From: Acidobacteriota bacterium
Lineage (GTDB): Bacteria > Acidobacteriota > Vicinamibacteria > Vicinamibacterales > 2-12-FULL-66-21
DNA: 59,869 nucleotides
Reading direction: 5' to 3'
Assembly (NCBI GenBank): GCA_039648985.1
Contig: JBBWZJ010000131.1
Span: forward strand, 1-59,869
A model generated the notes under the pieces. The model saw nothing but the letters and a program-made list of their open reading frames with translations, did no database searches and had not been told where the DNA came from. The position numbers and the translations under genes were made by a program. This document shows, in pieces, positions 44,177 to 53,361 of the stretch (the first letter of the stretch is position 1; the number at the start of each line of letters is the position of its first letter).

Positions 44177-47116
44177 ATGAGCCCTGGAGCGCCCGCTGCC
44201 GCCCGGCTGTCGAATTACCGTCTGGAGCGGCCTCTGGGGACGGGGGGGATGGGTACGGTCTATCTCGCCACGGACCTCGGCCTCGGCCGTCTCGTCGCGA
44301 TCAAATTCATCACGCCTGAAAAAGCCGCGGACCCCGCGGCCCGGAAACGGCTTCTTCGCGAGGCCAGAGCCGCGGCCGCGCTCGATCACCCGAACATCTG
44401 CAGTGTGTACGAGGTCATCGACGAGCCCGACGGGCGGGCCTGCATCGTCATGCAGTACGTCTCGGGCGACACGCTCGCAGACACGCTCGCGCGAGGTCCG
44501 CTCGACGTCCGGTTGACGATGAGCCTGGCGCGCGATCTGGCGTCCGCGCTGGCACTGGCGCACAAGCACGGGATTGTCCATCGCGACCTGAAGCCGCACA
44601 ACATCATCATCACGAAAGACAAGCGCGCGAAGCTGCTGGACTTCGGCCTCGCCCGCCAGAACGATCCCGAGTTCGCGACCTCCGGCGAAGCCGTGACCAC
44701 CACCGCGCTCACCACACCCGGAGTCGTCGTCGGAACGCCGGCATACATGTCCCCCGAGCAGATCCGGCAGGTGCCGATCGACGGCCGGAGCGATCTGTTT
44801 TCGCTCGGCGCAGTCCTGTACGAGTGCCTCACCGGGGAGCGCGCATTCCATGCGCTGACGCCGCTCGAGTACGCAGGCCAGATTCTCCATTGCCAGCCCC
44901 CCGACGTGTCGTCGCGCCGAACGGAGCTGACCGTACAGCACGACGAACTCTGCCGGCGCCTGCTCGCGAAGGATCCGGAGGATCGGTTTCAGTCGGCGGA
45001 GGAGCTCCTCGGCGCACTGCGGGTGTTCACTCCCGACACGGGGCGAACCGCGGCGACCCCGCTGGAGACGCGCTGGCCCGCGGGCCTGTGGAGCGCCCAC
45101 CCGAGCGTCGTTGTGTGGGCGGGGATCGCAGTGGTCGTGATTCTTGCGATGGCCGGCGTATGGCGGTGGAAGGCGATCGCCCCGGGCACCCCGAACGCGG
45201 AAGCCACCGCATGGTACCGCCGTGGGACGACGGCGCTTCGCGACGGCGCGTATCACAGCGCGCAGCTGGCGCTCCGCGAGGCGATCACGGCGGCGCCCGA
45301 CTATCCGGGGGCGTACATCCGCATGGCCGAAGCGGATACCGAGCTGGGCGAAGTGGAAGGCGCACAGCAGGCGCTCCTGAAGGTCAGCGATCTCGTGACG
45401 AGCGAATCGCGCCTGCCCTTCGGCGATCGTAAACGCACGCAGGCCGTCCGGGCTTTGATGCTGCGCGACGTGGACGGCGCCGTGCGCGCGTATGCCGAGC
45501 TCGCGGCCAGCGAGCCGCGCGATCCCGGCGCCTGGCTCGATCTCGGCCGCGCGCAGGACGCCGCGGCGCTCAGCGCCGACGCGCGCGTGAGCTACGAGCG
45601 CGCCCTCCAGCTGGATGCCCAGTATGCGCCCGCGCATCTGCGCCGCGCGTCCATTCTCGGCCTCGAAGGGCGACGTGACGAAGCGCTGGCGGGCTTCGCC
45701 GAGGCGGAGCGGCTCTATCGCGCCGGCGCCAACGTGGAAGGTGAAGTCGAGACGCTGATCCGCCTGGGACTGTTTCTCATCAGCACCGGCGAGGCCCATG
45801 CCGCGCGCGTCGCGCTCGAGCGCGCGGACGATCTCGCCGCGAGAGTCCAGAGCCGCGCCCAGCAGATTCGGGCGGAGCTGACGCTGAGCAGCGTCACCGC
45901 GTTCGAGGGGCGGTGGGACGACGCAGAGAGAATGGCGTCCGCGGCGGTGGACGCCGCACTGCGGGAGCACCTCGACACGGTCGCGGCTGACGGGCTCGTC
46001 GACCTGGCGAATGTCCTGGCGCTGAGGAGGAGGCACGACGAAGCCGACGCGTATCTCGTCCGGGCCATCGAGGTCGCGAACAGGCGTGGTGCGCCGCGCA
46101 TCGTCGCGCGCGCGACGCTGCAGCGCGCCGCCGTCCTGGTCGCCGAAGAGCACCCCGCGCAGGCCATCATCGCGGCAAAATCCCCCCTCGAGTACTTCCA
46201 GGCGAACCATTACCGCCGATTCGAGCTCGTGGCCCTGTCCGTCATCTCGCGAGCGCAGGAAGCCCTCGGGCACTACGCCGACGCACGCCGGCTCGCCGAA
46301 CGATCGCTGGCGCTCGCGGCGGAGATGAAGGACGAGGTCCAGGCGGCCCAGGCGCTCGAAAACCTCGCCGGCGAGGCGAATGCGCTCGGCGCGCTGCCTG
46401 ACGCCCTCCAGTACCGAGCGCGCGGCCTCGACATCCATCGCCGCCAGAACGATCTGTCGAGCCTGTCGTTCGACCTCGTGAACCGCGCCGATCTGCTGAT
46501 TCGTCTCGGCCGATACCCGGAGGGCGCCGCGCTCCTCGACGAGCTCGACGCAGGCATTGCAAAAGGACTCGACGCCTACAAGCTGCGCGCGCGACGGGCG
46601 GGGGTGCTCCGCGCGCTTGCGGCAGCAATCCGGCACCAGCTGCCCGATGTCGTCCGCCTGGCCCGGCCGGCGGTCGCCCCCGCTTCGGAGCCCAACCCGA
46701 ACGCGAATGCCCAACTCGCGGCGGCGTTGCTGGAGTACGCGCAGCCGAACACCGCGAGGCGCCATTCGCCGGCGGCTGCACCGCTCCCCGACTCGCTCTC
46801 GCCCTCCGGCCGCGAAGTGCGCTACTGGACGCTGCTGACGCGGCTCGCGCACGGTGACGCCCGCGGGGCGCTGGCGGGGGCGGAACAGACGCTCGCCGCG
46901 CCCGACGGGTGGGTCTCGTACGAGTTCGAGTGGCGGATCGCGGCGATCGGCGCGGCGGCGGCGCGTCAGTTGCGCGACGGCCCGCGGCAGCATGCGTTCG
47001 TCGATCGCGCACAGCGTGCGGCGGCGCGGTTGCGGCACGAGTGGAAGAGCGACGTCGCCTCGTACGACGCGCGTCCGGACTTCATGGAGCTTCGGCGGAT
47101 GGCGGGGCTGAACTAG
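44177..47116 (+). CDS. Transmembrane Ser/Thr protein kinase with large C-terminal TPR-like domain
   Basis: I trimmed the start to the ATG at 44177 (MSPGAPAAARLSNYRLERPLGTGGMGTVYLA). The Hanks motifs VAIKFI, HRDLKPHNIII, DFGLAR and GTPAYMSPEQ are present. There is one TM helix (VVVWAGIAVVVILAMAGVWRW), followed by about 650 aa of helical TPR-like repeats. Confidence 0.9.
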   Translation: MSPGAPAAARLSNYRLERPLGTGGMGTVYLATDLGLGRLVAIKFITPEKAADPAARKRLLREARAAAALDHPNICSVYEVIDEPDGRACIVMQYVSGDTLADTLARGPLDVRLTMSLARDLASALALAHKHGIVHRDLKPHNIIITKDKRAKLLDFGLARQNDPEFATSGEAVTTTALTTPGVVVGTPAYMSPEQIRQVPIDGRSDLFSLGAVLYECLTGERAFHALTPLEYAGQILHCQPPDVSSRRTELTVQHDELCRRLLAKDPEDRFQSAEELLGALRVFTPDTGRTAATPLETRWPAGLWSAHPSVVVWAGIAVVVILAMAGVWRWKAIAPGTPNAEATAWYRRGTTALRDGAYHSAQLALREAITAAPDYPGAYIRMAEADTELGEVEGAQQALLKVSDLVTSESRLPFGDRKRTQAVRALMLRDVDGAVRAYAELAASEPRDPGAWLDLGRAQDAAALSADARVSYERALQLDAQYAPAHLRRASILGLEGRRDEALAGFAEAERLYRAGANVEGEVETLIRLGLFLISTGEAHAARVALERADDLAARVQSRAQQIRAELTLSSVTAFEGRWDDAERMASAAVDAALREHLDTVAADGLVDLANVLALRRRHDEADAYLVRAIEVANRRGAPRIVARATLQRAAVLVAEEHPAQAIIAAKSPLEYFQANHYRRFELVALSVISRAQEALGHYADARRLAERSLALAAEMKDEVQAAQALENLAGEANALGALPDALQYRARGLDIHRRQNDLSSLSFDLVNRADLLIRLGRYPEGAALLDELDAGIAKGLDAYKLRARRAGVLRALAAAIRHQLPDVVRLARPAVAPASEPNPNANAQLAAALLEYAQPNTARRHSPAAAPLPDSLSPSGREVRYWTLLTRLAHGDARGALAGAEQTLAAPDGWVSYEFEWRIAAIGAAAARQLRDGPRQHAFVDRAQRAAARLRHEWKSDVASYDARPDFMELRRMAGLN

Positions 47117-47142
47117 CCGGCCCATCCTGGGGAGGTAGCAGT

Positions 47143-47715
47143 GTGACGAAGACGCAAAGCCTGGTATTGACAGGGTTCACCGCGTTGACAGTGGGCGTCG
47201 CGATTGGCTATGCGGGGATCAAGCTCGGAGCCGGATCCGACGAAGATCGCCCGCCGATCATCGTGAGGGGCGGGTCAGTGACCTTCCAGAGCGCTGCCAA
47301 GAATCCACGTCCGGGGCAGCCGTGGGCCAAGGAGAACGGACAAGAGGTTTACCACCAGGATTCCAAGGGCAAGGGAAGACCCGTCAATACCTTTCAGCTG
47401 TACTTCGTGGGCGGCATCGCAGGCGGCACCACGACTTCAGGGCTGTGTATGCCCCTGGCGACGACGAAGTTCGTGGTCAGCTACCAGGAGGGGGCCTTGT
47501 TGCCTGTGAACTATACGGTCGAGATTCCGGCGACCGGAAACCAGGATCCGACGGTGTCCGGACCCGGGATCACCAACGACACGACAACGAACACCCTGAC
47601 GGCAGGGACGCATGGTCAGGGGCACATCCTCAGTGTCAAGGGAACCGATACAAACAACGCGGCGTTCGAGTGCGATGGGGCGGCGGAAATCTGGGCTGAG
47701 AGCTTCAAGAGGTAG
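47143..47715 (+). CDS. N-terminally anchored hypothetical protein (190 aa), orphan
   Basis: The GTG start at 47143 has GGAGG 7 nt upstream and lies 26 nt after the kinase stop. One TM helix is present (LVLTGFTALTVGVAIGYAGI), followed by a beta-rich, Thr/Gly/Asn-rich domain with 2 Cys. GC content is visibly lower than in the flanking genes. Confidence 0.6.
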   Translation: MTKTQSLVLTGFTALTVGVAIGYAGIKLGAGSDEDRPPIIVRGGSVTFQSAAKNPRPGQPWAKENGQEVYHQDSKGKGRPVNTFQLYFVGGIAGGTTTSGLCMPLATTKFVVSYQEGALLPVNYTVEIPATGNQDPTVSGPGITNDTTTNTLTAGTHGQGHILSVKGTDTNNAAFECDGAAEIWAESFKR

Positions 47716-47840
47716 CGAGCAGGCGCTCGGGTGTTGCCTTTCCGGGAGACAGCACTCGACGCGTCACGAGCCGGGCAGTCGACTGGAGGAGCGCGTGCGC
47801 TACTGCGGCGCGCTGGCACACGCGCTGCACAGGTCCGTAT

Positions 47841-48791
47841 GTGGCCTCCTCTGCCGACTGCCCGCTCGTCTCGATCGTCATCCCCTGCTTCGCCTCGTCC
47901 GGGCAGCACGCCGAGCTCCTCGACGAAACGCTGCAGACCGTAGACACACAGGATTACCCGCACCTCGAAGTCATTGTCGTGGACGATGGATCGCCGATTC
48001 CGATTGACGGGATCGCGAGCCGCCACCGCGAAGCCCGAGTGGTGCGGCGAAGTAATGGCGGCTCCGCGCAGGCGCGCAACACGGGGATTGCGGACAGCCG
48101 GGGCACGATGATCGTCTTCCTCGACAGCGACGACCACCTGCTCTCCGGCGCCCTCGCCACGGGTGTCCGTCAACTCGCCGAACATCCAGAATGTGGTTTC
48201 GTCGTGGGCGGGCGCGAGGAGATGACGTTCGAAGGTCATCCGGTTCGATGGGGCCTCGCGTCCGCGCCCCGCGGCTCGCATCTGTACCATACGCTCCTTG
48301 GCTTTGACTGGTACATCATCCCGCCGTCGTCAGCGATGTTCCGGCGGGAAGCTGTGGCGGCGGTCGGAGGATTTCGCGATCCGTGGGGAGCCGACGACCT
48401 GGACTTCTACCTGCGGATCGCTCACGGTTTCGAAGGCTTCTGTTATGACGCACCAGCCGTGACGCGGTATCGACGCTACAGCACGAGCTCCTCGCGCGAT
48501 GGAGAACGGATGCTGAACAGCATCCGCGCGGTGTACGACCGTCAGCGGCCCGTCGTCGCCGGAGATCCCGCGGCCGAGGCCGCGTTCGAGCGCGGTCTCT
48601 CGCAGCTCACGGAGATTTTCCGCGATTGCCTTGTGGAGAATCTCGTGGACCGTGTGCGGGGCGGTGACTGGAGGCGGGCGTTGCGCAGCGCGCGCATGCT
48701 CGTCGCGGAGAGCCCCGGACGCGTCCTTCCAGCGCTCCGCCGGCTCGTGTCACCGCACCGATTCTCGGACGGACTCTCGGGGACGACCTGA
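47841..48791 (+). CDS. Family-2 glycosyltransferase
   Basis: GTG start. GT2 landmarks are present: VSIVIPCF, EVIVVDDGSP, ARNTGIADSRGTMIVFLDSDD. Confidence 0.85.
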   Translation: MASSADCPLVSIVIPCFASSGQHAELLDETLQTVDTQDYPHLEVIVVDDGSPIPIDGIASRHREARVVRRSNGGSAQARNTGIADSRGTMIVFLDSDDHLLSGALATGVRQLAEHPECGFVVGGREEMTFEGHPVRWGLASAPRGSHLYHTLLGFDWYIIPPSSAMFRREAVAAVGGFRDPWGADDLDFYLRIAHGFEGFCYDAPAVTRYRRYSTSSSRDGERMLNSIRAVYDRQRPVVAGDPAAEAAFERGLSQLTEIFRDCLVENLVDRVRGGDWRRALRSARMLVAESPGRVLPALRRLVSPHRFSDGLSGTT

Positions 48792-48917
48792 TCGATCGCG
48801 CATGTCACCGCTTCGGCCGCGGCGCCGGCGTGCCGCTTTTCGCCGACCACCCGCACCACGTCCGATTCGATGACTTCCCAGTGCAGCGGCGACCCTGCGT
48901 CCTGCAGATGCGCCGAC

Positions 48918-50105
48918 TCAGCGCGCGGGCGGTACGAACTTCACGCAGACGGGCGACCCTATCGTCACCGTGTGACCTGTCGATGCGAGCCGGCCCGTCG
49001 CCGTGTCAATCCGAAACACGACCACGGAATCAGATCCCTGGTTCGCCGCGAGCAGATAGCCCCCTGTGGGATCGATCCCGAAGCCCCGCGGCGTCTTGCC
49101 GCCCGTGGGCTCGTTCTGGACCGGCGTGAGCCGTCCTGTCTTCTCGTCGATCGCGAAGACCGCGATGCTGTCGTGGCCGCGGGTGGACGCATAGAGGAAC
49201 TTCCCGGACGGATGCACCTGTACGTCCGCGCCGCTATAGCCCTGGCTCATCGCCTGCCCGGAAGGAAGCGTTGACGCTGTCTGGATCGGCTGCAGCGCAC
49301 CCCGGCTCGCATCAACGGTAAACGCGGTAACCGTGCACAGCAGTTCGTTGATCGCGTAGGCGAAGCGCCCCGATGGATGGAATGCGAAATGGCGCGGCCC
49401 CGCGCCGGGTTCCGCGGCGACAAACGGGGGATCGTTCGGCTTCAGCGTGCCGTCCGTTGCCCCGACTCGATAGATCATCACCTTGTCGATCCCGAGATCG
49501 GGCACATACAGGAGCCGGTTGTCGGGACTCAGGTTCGCCGAATGCGGGTGCGGCTCTTTCTGCCGCGCCTGGTTCACACTCGAGCCCGTGTGCTGGACGA
49601 CAGCCGACGCCGGCCCGAGAGTGCCATCAGGTGCGATCGGCAAGACCGCCACCGTCCCTCCGCCGTAATTGGCCACGAACACGTGACCACCGGCCCTGTC
49701 GACGGTGATGTGCGCCGGGCCGCGCCCGCCGGACGACTGCTGGTTGAGCGCCGTGAGCATCCCCGTCCCCGACTTGATCCCGAACGCACTGACGGTGCCC
49801 CCCGGCTTGCCATCAGCAGCATCCACCTCGCTGACTGCGTACAAGAACGCTCCGCCGGGTCGGACGGCGAGATAGCTCGGGTTCTTGATTTCCGCTGCCA
49901 GCTGGGGCGGTGACAACGCGCCTGTTGCCGCGTCCAGGTGCGACACGTAGATGCCATGGCTCTTTTCGCCCGTGTACGTGCCGAAATAGACGAGCCGATC
50001 GGGCTGGCCCGAAGCGGGTGCCTGCGGCAGGCCTCCCGCGGACAGCACGACGAGCGCGCTCAGCGACAGCGCAGTGGCGGCAAGGGTTCGGAGGTATCGA
50101 TTCAT
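48918..50105 (-). CDS. Secreted 7-bladed beta-propeller lactonase (6-phosphogluconolactonase/YbhE-like family)
   Basis: Signal peptide (LAATALSLSALVVLSAG). Repeated blades are visible, such as GRGPAHITVDRAGGHVFVANYGGGTVAVLPI, HPHSANLSPDNRLLYVPDLGIDKVMIYRV and GAGPRHFAFHPSGRFAYAINE. Confidence 0.85.
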   Translation of the reverse strand: MNRYLRTLAATALSLSALVVLSAGGLPQAPASGQPDRLVYFGTYTGEKSHGIYVSHLDAATGALSPPQLAAEIKNPSYLAVRPGGAFLYAVSEVDAADGKPGGTVSAFGIKSGTGMLTALNQQSSGGRGPAHITVDRAGGHVFVANYGGGTVAVLPIAPDGTLGPASAVVQHTGSSVNQARQKEPHPHSANLSPDNRLLYVPDLGIDKVMIYRVGATDGTLKPNDPPFVAAEPGAGPRHFAFHPSGRFAYAINELLCTVTAFTVDASRGALQPIQTASTLPSGQAMSQGYSGADVQVHPSGKFLYASTRGHDSIAVFAIDEKTGRLTPVQNEPTGGKTPRGFGIDPTGGYLLAANQGSDSVVVFRIDTATGRLASTGHTVTIGSPVCVKFVPPAR

Positions 50106-50177
50106 GCCGCCATCAGACAGCCAAACGATCCGAAGATCAAGCGGCTGCCTCGGGGCCCGGACCGCAGGCGGCCGGCG

Positions 50178-50921
50178 TCAGGCGGTCAACCATGTGGCGA
50201 AGCGCATCCAGACCGCGGTTCCCGCGATCATCAGCCGGACGGGGTGCGACAGCGTCAGCAGGATCGCGCCATAGAGGAACATCCGGTTCACCCTGCCGTT
50301 CTTCCAGCGATCGAGACCGACCATCGCGAATGTGGCGAGATCGGGAATGCCGAAGAACGCGAGCGGCCCCAGGGCGGTCAGCGCCGCGATCGGCAGACGC
50401 CCGATGGCGGGTGGCAGGAAGTTCATGACGGTGAGCAGAATCAGCCGTTTGTGCTCCGCCGGCCGCTTCCGGTAATAAAGCGCGCCGCCAAAGAAGATGG
50501 TGAACATGAGGATGTCGAAGAACGGCACCACCATGAAGACGCGCGGCGGAATGTCGGGCGGGAAGGACGGCGATCCGTATTTCGCGGCGGCGACGGCTGT
50601 GAACAGGCCGACAGGGATCATGACGACGCCGAGCGCGGCCCCGGCGATGCCGAGCCGCTGGTGCAGCTTGATGCGCCGCGCCGAAATCAGCCACACCTGT
50701 GTCATGAACAGGCCGACCCATGCCGTCATGAGCACGCCGTGCAGATGCACCAGGTTCGAGAACACGTGCGTCGACCCGAAGAGGCCTTTGAGGTAGTAGC
50801 TCCGCGCAAAGCCGGCGAGCACCAGGAAGGGGAAGAGAGCGGCAACGAGCACAAAGAACCGACGTTCCGCCTGGCGCCGCTCGACGAGCTGACTCACGGC
50901 CACGGGACCTCCTTGGGTCAC
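50178..50921 (-). CDS. Hypothetical integral membrane protein (about 6-7 TM)
   Basis: 247-aa ORF with regularly spaced hydrophobic helices (FFVLVAALFPFLVLAGF, LHGVLMTAWVGLFMTQVWLI, and others). GTG start. I recognise no family. Confidence 0.65.
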   Translation of the reverse strand: MTQGGPVAVSQLVERRQAERRFFVLVAALFPFLVLAGFARSYYLKGLFGSTHVFSNLVHLHGVLMTAWVGLFMTQVWLISARRIKLHQRLGIAGAALGVVMIPVGLFTAVAAAKYGSPSFPPDIPPRVFMVVPFFDILMFTIFFGGALYYRKRPAEHKRLILLTVMNFLPPAIGRLPIAALTALGPLAFFGIPDLATFAMVGLDRWKNGRVNRMFLYGAILLTLSHPVRLMIAGTAVWMRFATWLTA

Positions 50922-51284
50922 GGCACGCCTGCTCTGCCGCGCTCACGAGGCGCGGATCGCGTTGTTCGATGGCTGGCGGACGGCGTGCGTTGTGCGCACA
51001 GCCTATCTCAACACGCCGTCCATCACACGACCGGGGTTCGGCCGCACCTGACCGACTCCTACACCACCGACCCCTGGCACGGGCCTGGTAGTCGCGGTTG
51101 TCGCGCCTTGCCATCCGGGCGCCGCGCTCCGCGATCCGGTCCTTGTTGACGGTGGACCCGCACTAGACCGATCTGTAGCCCTCGGCACCAAGTCCGTCAC
51201 GCGAGCCTGCGGCGCTCGTTCCGACAGACTCTCCTAACCAGCGTGATCGCAGCGAGTTGCGGCTGCCGCCCGATGCACGGCGAC

Positions 51285-51300
51285 CGGCATGCCGTTTGCG
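51285..51300 (+). promoter_or_regulatory. Possible sigma-54 (-24/-12) promoter
   Basis: CGGCATGCCGTTTGCG compared with the consensus TGGCACG-N4-TTGCW. GG (51286-87) and GC (51298-99) have exactly 10 nt between them, and the site lies about 33 nt upstream of the ATG at 51333. There are three mismatches, and no enhancer-binding protein is seen in the window. Confidence 0.25.
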
Positions 51301-51332
51301 CATTGCCATTCAGTACCGAGTAGGGAGGGTTC

Positions 51333-52061
51333 ATGCAGCGTTCAATCCTGGCGACAGCGTTTTCCGGCGTCATGCTCTTCACCACGCCGGCCTCGTATGC
51401 CGAGCAACACGGCCATGGCGGCGGACCACCCGCGAAGGCCCCGTCCGTAGCGCCGCACGGCAGCACGTCGACCCACGGGCAGAGCGCGGGTCACGGTTCA
51501 GCGCCCAAAACCGGGAGCACACATGGGTCGAGCGCCGCCCCCACCCACGGGGGTGCGAGTCATTCGTCGGGAACCACCACGCCGACGAAGACAGCCAAAG
51601 CGGGCACACCCGCTGCGAAGAAAAAAGCCTCACCGACCAGCACCGCGCCTGCGGCCGCGACCGCGACGCTCACGCCCGTGCAGCAGAAGCTGCAGCGCAA
51701 CACCAACCTTGCCGACAAGCTCAGGACACGGCTGCCGGCGGGCACCGACCTGATGACGGCATCGGCGGGGTTCAAGAACCTCGGGCAGTTCGTCGCGGCG
51801 GTGAACGTGTCCAACAACCTTGGTCTGAAGTTCGCGGACCTGAAGACCCAGATGGTGACCGATGGCATGAGCCTCGGCCAGTCCATCCAGAAACTGAAGT
51901 CGACGGCGAACGTCGAGACTGAAGTTCGCCAGGCGGAACTGCAGGCTACGACGATGATCAATTCGTCCACGACCGCCACGACGGCCGCATCGACGAGGAA
52001 GTCGAAGACTCGCACGCCGCATGCGAGCTCCACGGCGACCACCGCGGGCACGAGCAAGTGA
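51333..52061 (+). CDS. Secreted His/Gly/Ser/Thr-rich protein with conserved C-terminal domain of unknown function
   Basis: RBS GGGAGGG 4 nt upstream of the ATG. The signal peptide ends SYA, and the mature N-terminus is EQHGHGGGPP. A low-complexity HG/STHG region follows, then a structured part (AGFKNLGQFVAAVNVSNNLGLKFADLKTQM). Confidence 0.7.
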   Translation: MQRSILATAFSGVMLFTTPASYAEQHGHGGGPPAKAPSVAPHGSTSTHGQSAGHGSAPKTGSTHGSSAAPTHGGASHSSGTTTPTKTAKAGTPAAKKKASPTSTAPAAATATLTPVQQKLQRNTNLADKLRTRLPAGTDLMTASAGFKNLGQFVAAVNVSNNLGLKFADLKTQMVTDGMSLGQSIQKLKSTANVETEVRQAELQATTMINSSTTATTAASTRKSKTRTPHASSTATTAGTSK

Positions 52062-52951
52062 CGACGACTCCGAGGATCGCGGGACACATCGCGTGTCTCG
52101 CGGTGCTCTCGACGCTTGCGTCCGGAGGACGCGCGAATGCGCAGGGCAACAGCGCGTTCGGCCACGCGCATGGCGGCGGGCACGTCACTGCCCCTTCCGC
52201 TGCGGCCGGCGGCTCATCGTCGGCGTCAGGCGGTGCGGGCGAGGGGCAGCCCGCTGGCGATCTGCGCAACTTCGGCACGTGGCTGGACGACGCGTCCGTC
52301 ATGTCGCCGGGCACGGGGTTCGTGACACTCGGCTTCGCGTACTGGCGGGCGCAGACGATGCGGGAGTTCGACCTGCCGGTGATCGACACAGGCATCGCGA
52401 TCGCCCGCCGTGTGCAGGTCGGCATGAGCGTCCCGTACTACTACGCGCATGAGCCGGGAAGCGCGCTTGTCAAAGGCCTCGGCAATCTCTATCTGACGAC
52501 GAAGCTGCAGGTGGCGAACCCGGCGTCACACCGCCCCGGGTTCGCGGTGACGCCGATGCTGGAGGTGCTTGACGCGGAGCCGTCGAACGGCGGGAGCCGG
52601 ATGAACTGGGCGCTCCCTGTCAACGTGGAGCTCAGACAGGACGGCTGGCGCGCGTTCGGCAGCGGCGGGTACTTCTCACGCGGCGCGGTCTTCGCGAGCG
52701 GCGCCGTCGAGGCGGCGTTGTCGCGGCGTGCATGGGTGACCGGGAGCGCCAGCGAGACCTACTCGACACGCGTGCCCATCGGTCCGCTTGCACTGCCCCG
52801 CGCCCAGACGGATGTCACCGCGGGCCTGACCTTCGTCGTCGCGCCGAACGTGAGCGTGTACGGCAATGTCGGTCACACCATCTCGGATCGCGCGGTGAAC
52901 GGCGGCACTGTCAATATTGCCGCGGGTGTTTCCCTCAACCTTCCCCGCTGA
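52058..52951 (+). CDS. Putative outer-membrane beta-barrel protein
   Basis: The GTG start overlaps the upstream stop (GTGA). The signal peptide ends ANA, and the mature N-terminus contains FGHAHGGGHV. Alternating hydrophobic beta-strand patterns are present (GFVTLGFAYWR, VQVGMSVPYYY, LTFVVAPNVSVYGNVGH, IAAGVSLNL). Confidence 0.6.
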   Translation: MTTTPRIAGHIACLAVLSTLASGGRANAQGNSAFGHAHGGGHVTAPSAAAGGSSSASGGAGEGQPAGDLRNFGTWLDDASVMSPGTGFVTLGFAYWRAQTMREFDLPVIDTGIAIARRVQVGMSVPYYYAHEPGSALVKGLGNLYLTTKLQVANPASHRPGFAVTPMLEVLDAEPSNGGSRMNWALPVNVELRQDGWRAFGSGGYFSRGAVFASGAVEAALSRRAWVTGSASETYSTRVPIGPLALPRAQTDVTAGLTFVVAPNVSVYGNVGHTISDRAVNGGTVNIAAGVSLNLPR

Positions 52952-53031
52952 CGACGTGCCGGCCGCGCACTCCGCCCCGATCCAGTCATCCCCAACGCCT
53001 CGGCCACCCTGTCGCCCCTGCCGTCTCAATC

Positions 53032-53325
53032 GTGGGCGTCGGCGGCAACGCGGTCCCCGCAGTGCCGCTTGGCGTGTTCGGCAGCATCGACATCACGGTA
53101 GCGGGCGCCGGCAGCACGAACATCGACGTGGCGACGAGCGGAATTCCAGGCGGGACGACGGTGCAGGTGACCGTGAAGCCCCGGATCGGCGCGGTTCCCT
53201 TATCGGCTACGATCCCTCTCGCGACATGCAACGCGGCGGGCGCGTGCCAGGCGAGCGCCGCCTTCACGCTGACGCCCGGGGCGTACGTCGTCGAAGCACG
53301 AGCCACGTTTCAGACGCCTCAATAG
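53032..53325 (+). CDS. Orphan beta-rich ORF (possible Ig-like domain remnant)
   Basis: Coding-like GC3 bias and composition (SIDITVAGAGSTNIDVATSGIPGGTTVQVTVKPRIGAVPLSATIPLATCNAAGACQASAAFTLTPGAYVVEARATF). The only candidate start is a GTG, and there is no RBS and no signal peptide. Confidence 0.3.
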   Translation: MGVGGNAVPAVPLGVFGSIDITVAGAGSTNIDVATSGIPGGTTVQVTVKPRIGAVPLSATIPLATCNAAGACQASAAFTLTPGAYVVEARATFQTPQ

Positions 53326-53361
53326 AAATGGACAGCTACACTGCCCGGAGGAGACCTTCGC

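Noticed and set aside
44144-47125. 993-aa minus-strand ORF antisense to the Ser/Thr kinase.
   Set aside because: It has the Arg-rich shadow composition noted above. The plus-strand frame contains a complete set of Hanks kinase motifs and TPR-like repeats.
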